Shown here: positions 63,128 through 64,000 of the stretch, in pieces | Position numbering within the stretch: the stretch's first letter is position 1 | Layout: the number at the start of each line of letters is the position of its first letter | NCBI RefSeq assembly: GCF_006345805.1 | Contig: NC_043006.1 | Location: 48,298,001-48,362,000 of the forward strand | DNA: 64,000 nt | DNA from: Octopus sinensis | Taxonomy: Eukaryota | Direction: 5' to 3' | Position numbers and translations under genes: made by a program | Notes under the pieces: generated by a model | The model's database searches: none | What the model saw: the letters and a program-made list of their open reading frames with translations, nothing else | Told to the model about the DNA's origin: nothing

Positions 63128-64000
63128 GCGTGTGTGTGTGTGTATGTGGCAGGCATACACGCATATAGACTGTAGAATTAATTGCCTCTGTATATGTGAG
63201 TCTGTGTCTGCGTATTCCTAGTTCTCAAATGACTTACGCCATATCTGCTGCATATTCATTTCTCTACCCCCACTTTTCTCTCCCTCTCCTTCTTACTCTC
63301 CCCCCTCTCTCTCTCTCTCTCTCCCTGTATTTTTTTTATATTTCATCATCTCCTACTACAGATAAATCTCCTGATATATATTTGACTCTATATTTGCATG
63401 AATAAGTTCATTCTTTTCAAAAAAAATTTTTCCGATATGCATGTTTGTATATACCATTAATGTTTTCCGCTGGAACAGACAGTCTACTCAGCCTCATTAT
63501 TATTATTATATATTTATTTAATTTCCTCCTCTTTTTTTTTTTTTTTTTTTTTGCTCCCTTCACTGACTGAAAAAAAATTCCCACCATGTTCAATCCCTGA
63601 AGGTGTACAAGGAACGCCTTGCATATTTAGAATTTAGGTGATCAGTTTATCATAAAGATTTCAGAAAGGGTTAATACATTCCCAGTTGATACTGACAGCC
63701 AATAATTTCCTTTAGCTTCGCTCTACATACCTTCAGCTATCATGCATTATTTTGTTTTGGGGATTTTTTTTTCTCTGAGCCTCATACAGTTTCTGGCTTT
63801 GTAGCCAAAGATAATTTTTTTCTTTGTGTTCAGTGGAAAGAAAAAGAAAGAAAAAAAAACAGAATAATAACTTGTCAATAATATGTGATTGAGTTATCAT
63901 ATGGCTGCAAATTTAATTCATGCTTTTAAGCAATTCAGTTCGTTTGAGGCGGCTGACATTGTTCATTTGCAAATGTCAACAAGTGTTCCTGAATTAACAG

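Overview
AT-rich eukaryotic (metazoan) genomic DNA made almost entirely of microsatellites and transposable-element debris. The SINE families and the (TA)n/(GATA)n/(TAA)n load look like an octopod cephalopod (Octopus sp.); this is recognition from memory, not a database result. I could not support any host protein-coding exon. Most entries in the ORF track are translations of microsatellites. Elements supported from the sequence: a near full-length decayed mariner and two internally deleted mariner derivatives; a 3.1-kb 5'-truncated Tx1/L1-type LINE with RT and zinc finger, plus a second short copy, both sitting in (TATC)n; an internally deleted related LINE (ORF1 zinc knuckle joined to the ORF2 3' end); two R4/Dong-type RLE-LINE 3' ends in (TAA)n; a non-autonomous Helitron; several long palindromic MITE-like elements; four tRNA-derived SINE groups, some in tandem arrays; and a 100-N scaffold gap. 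Most interesting: (1) a non-coding ~540-557 bp repeat present as two circularly permuted, longer-than-unit copies that carry a type I hammerhead ribozyme motif with a palindromic loop 3, i.e. a retrozyme-like element; (2) further, unrelated hammerhead motifs with different loop 3 sequences; (3) apparent partitioning of microsatellite types among retroelement classes. All alignments and folds were done by eye, and coordinates of decayed elements are approximate.
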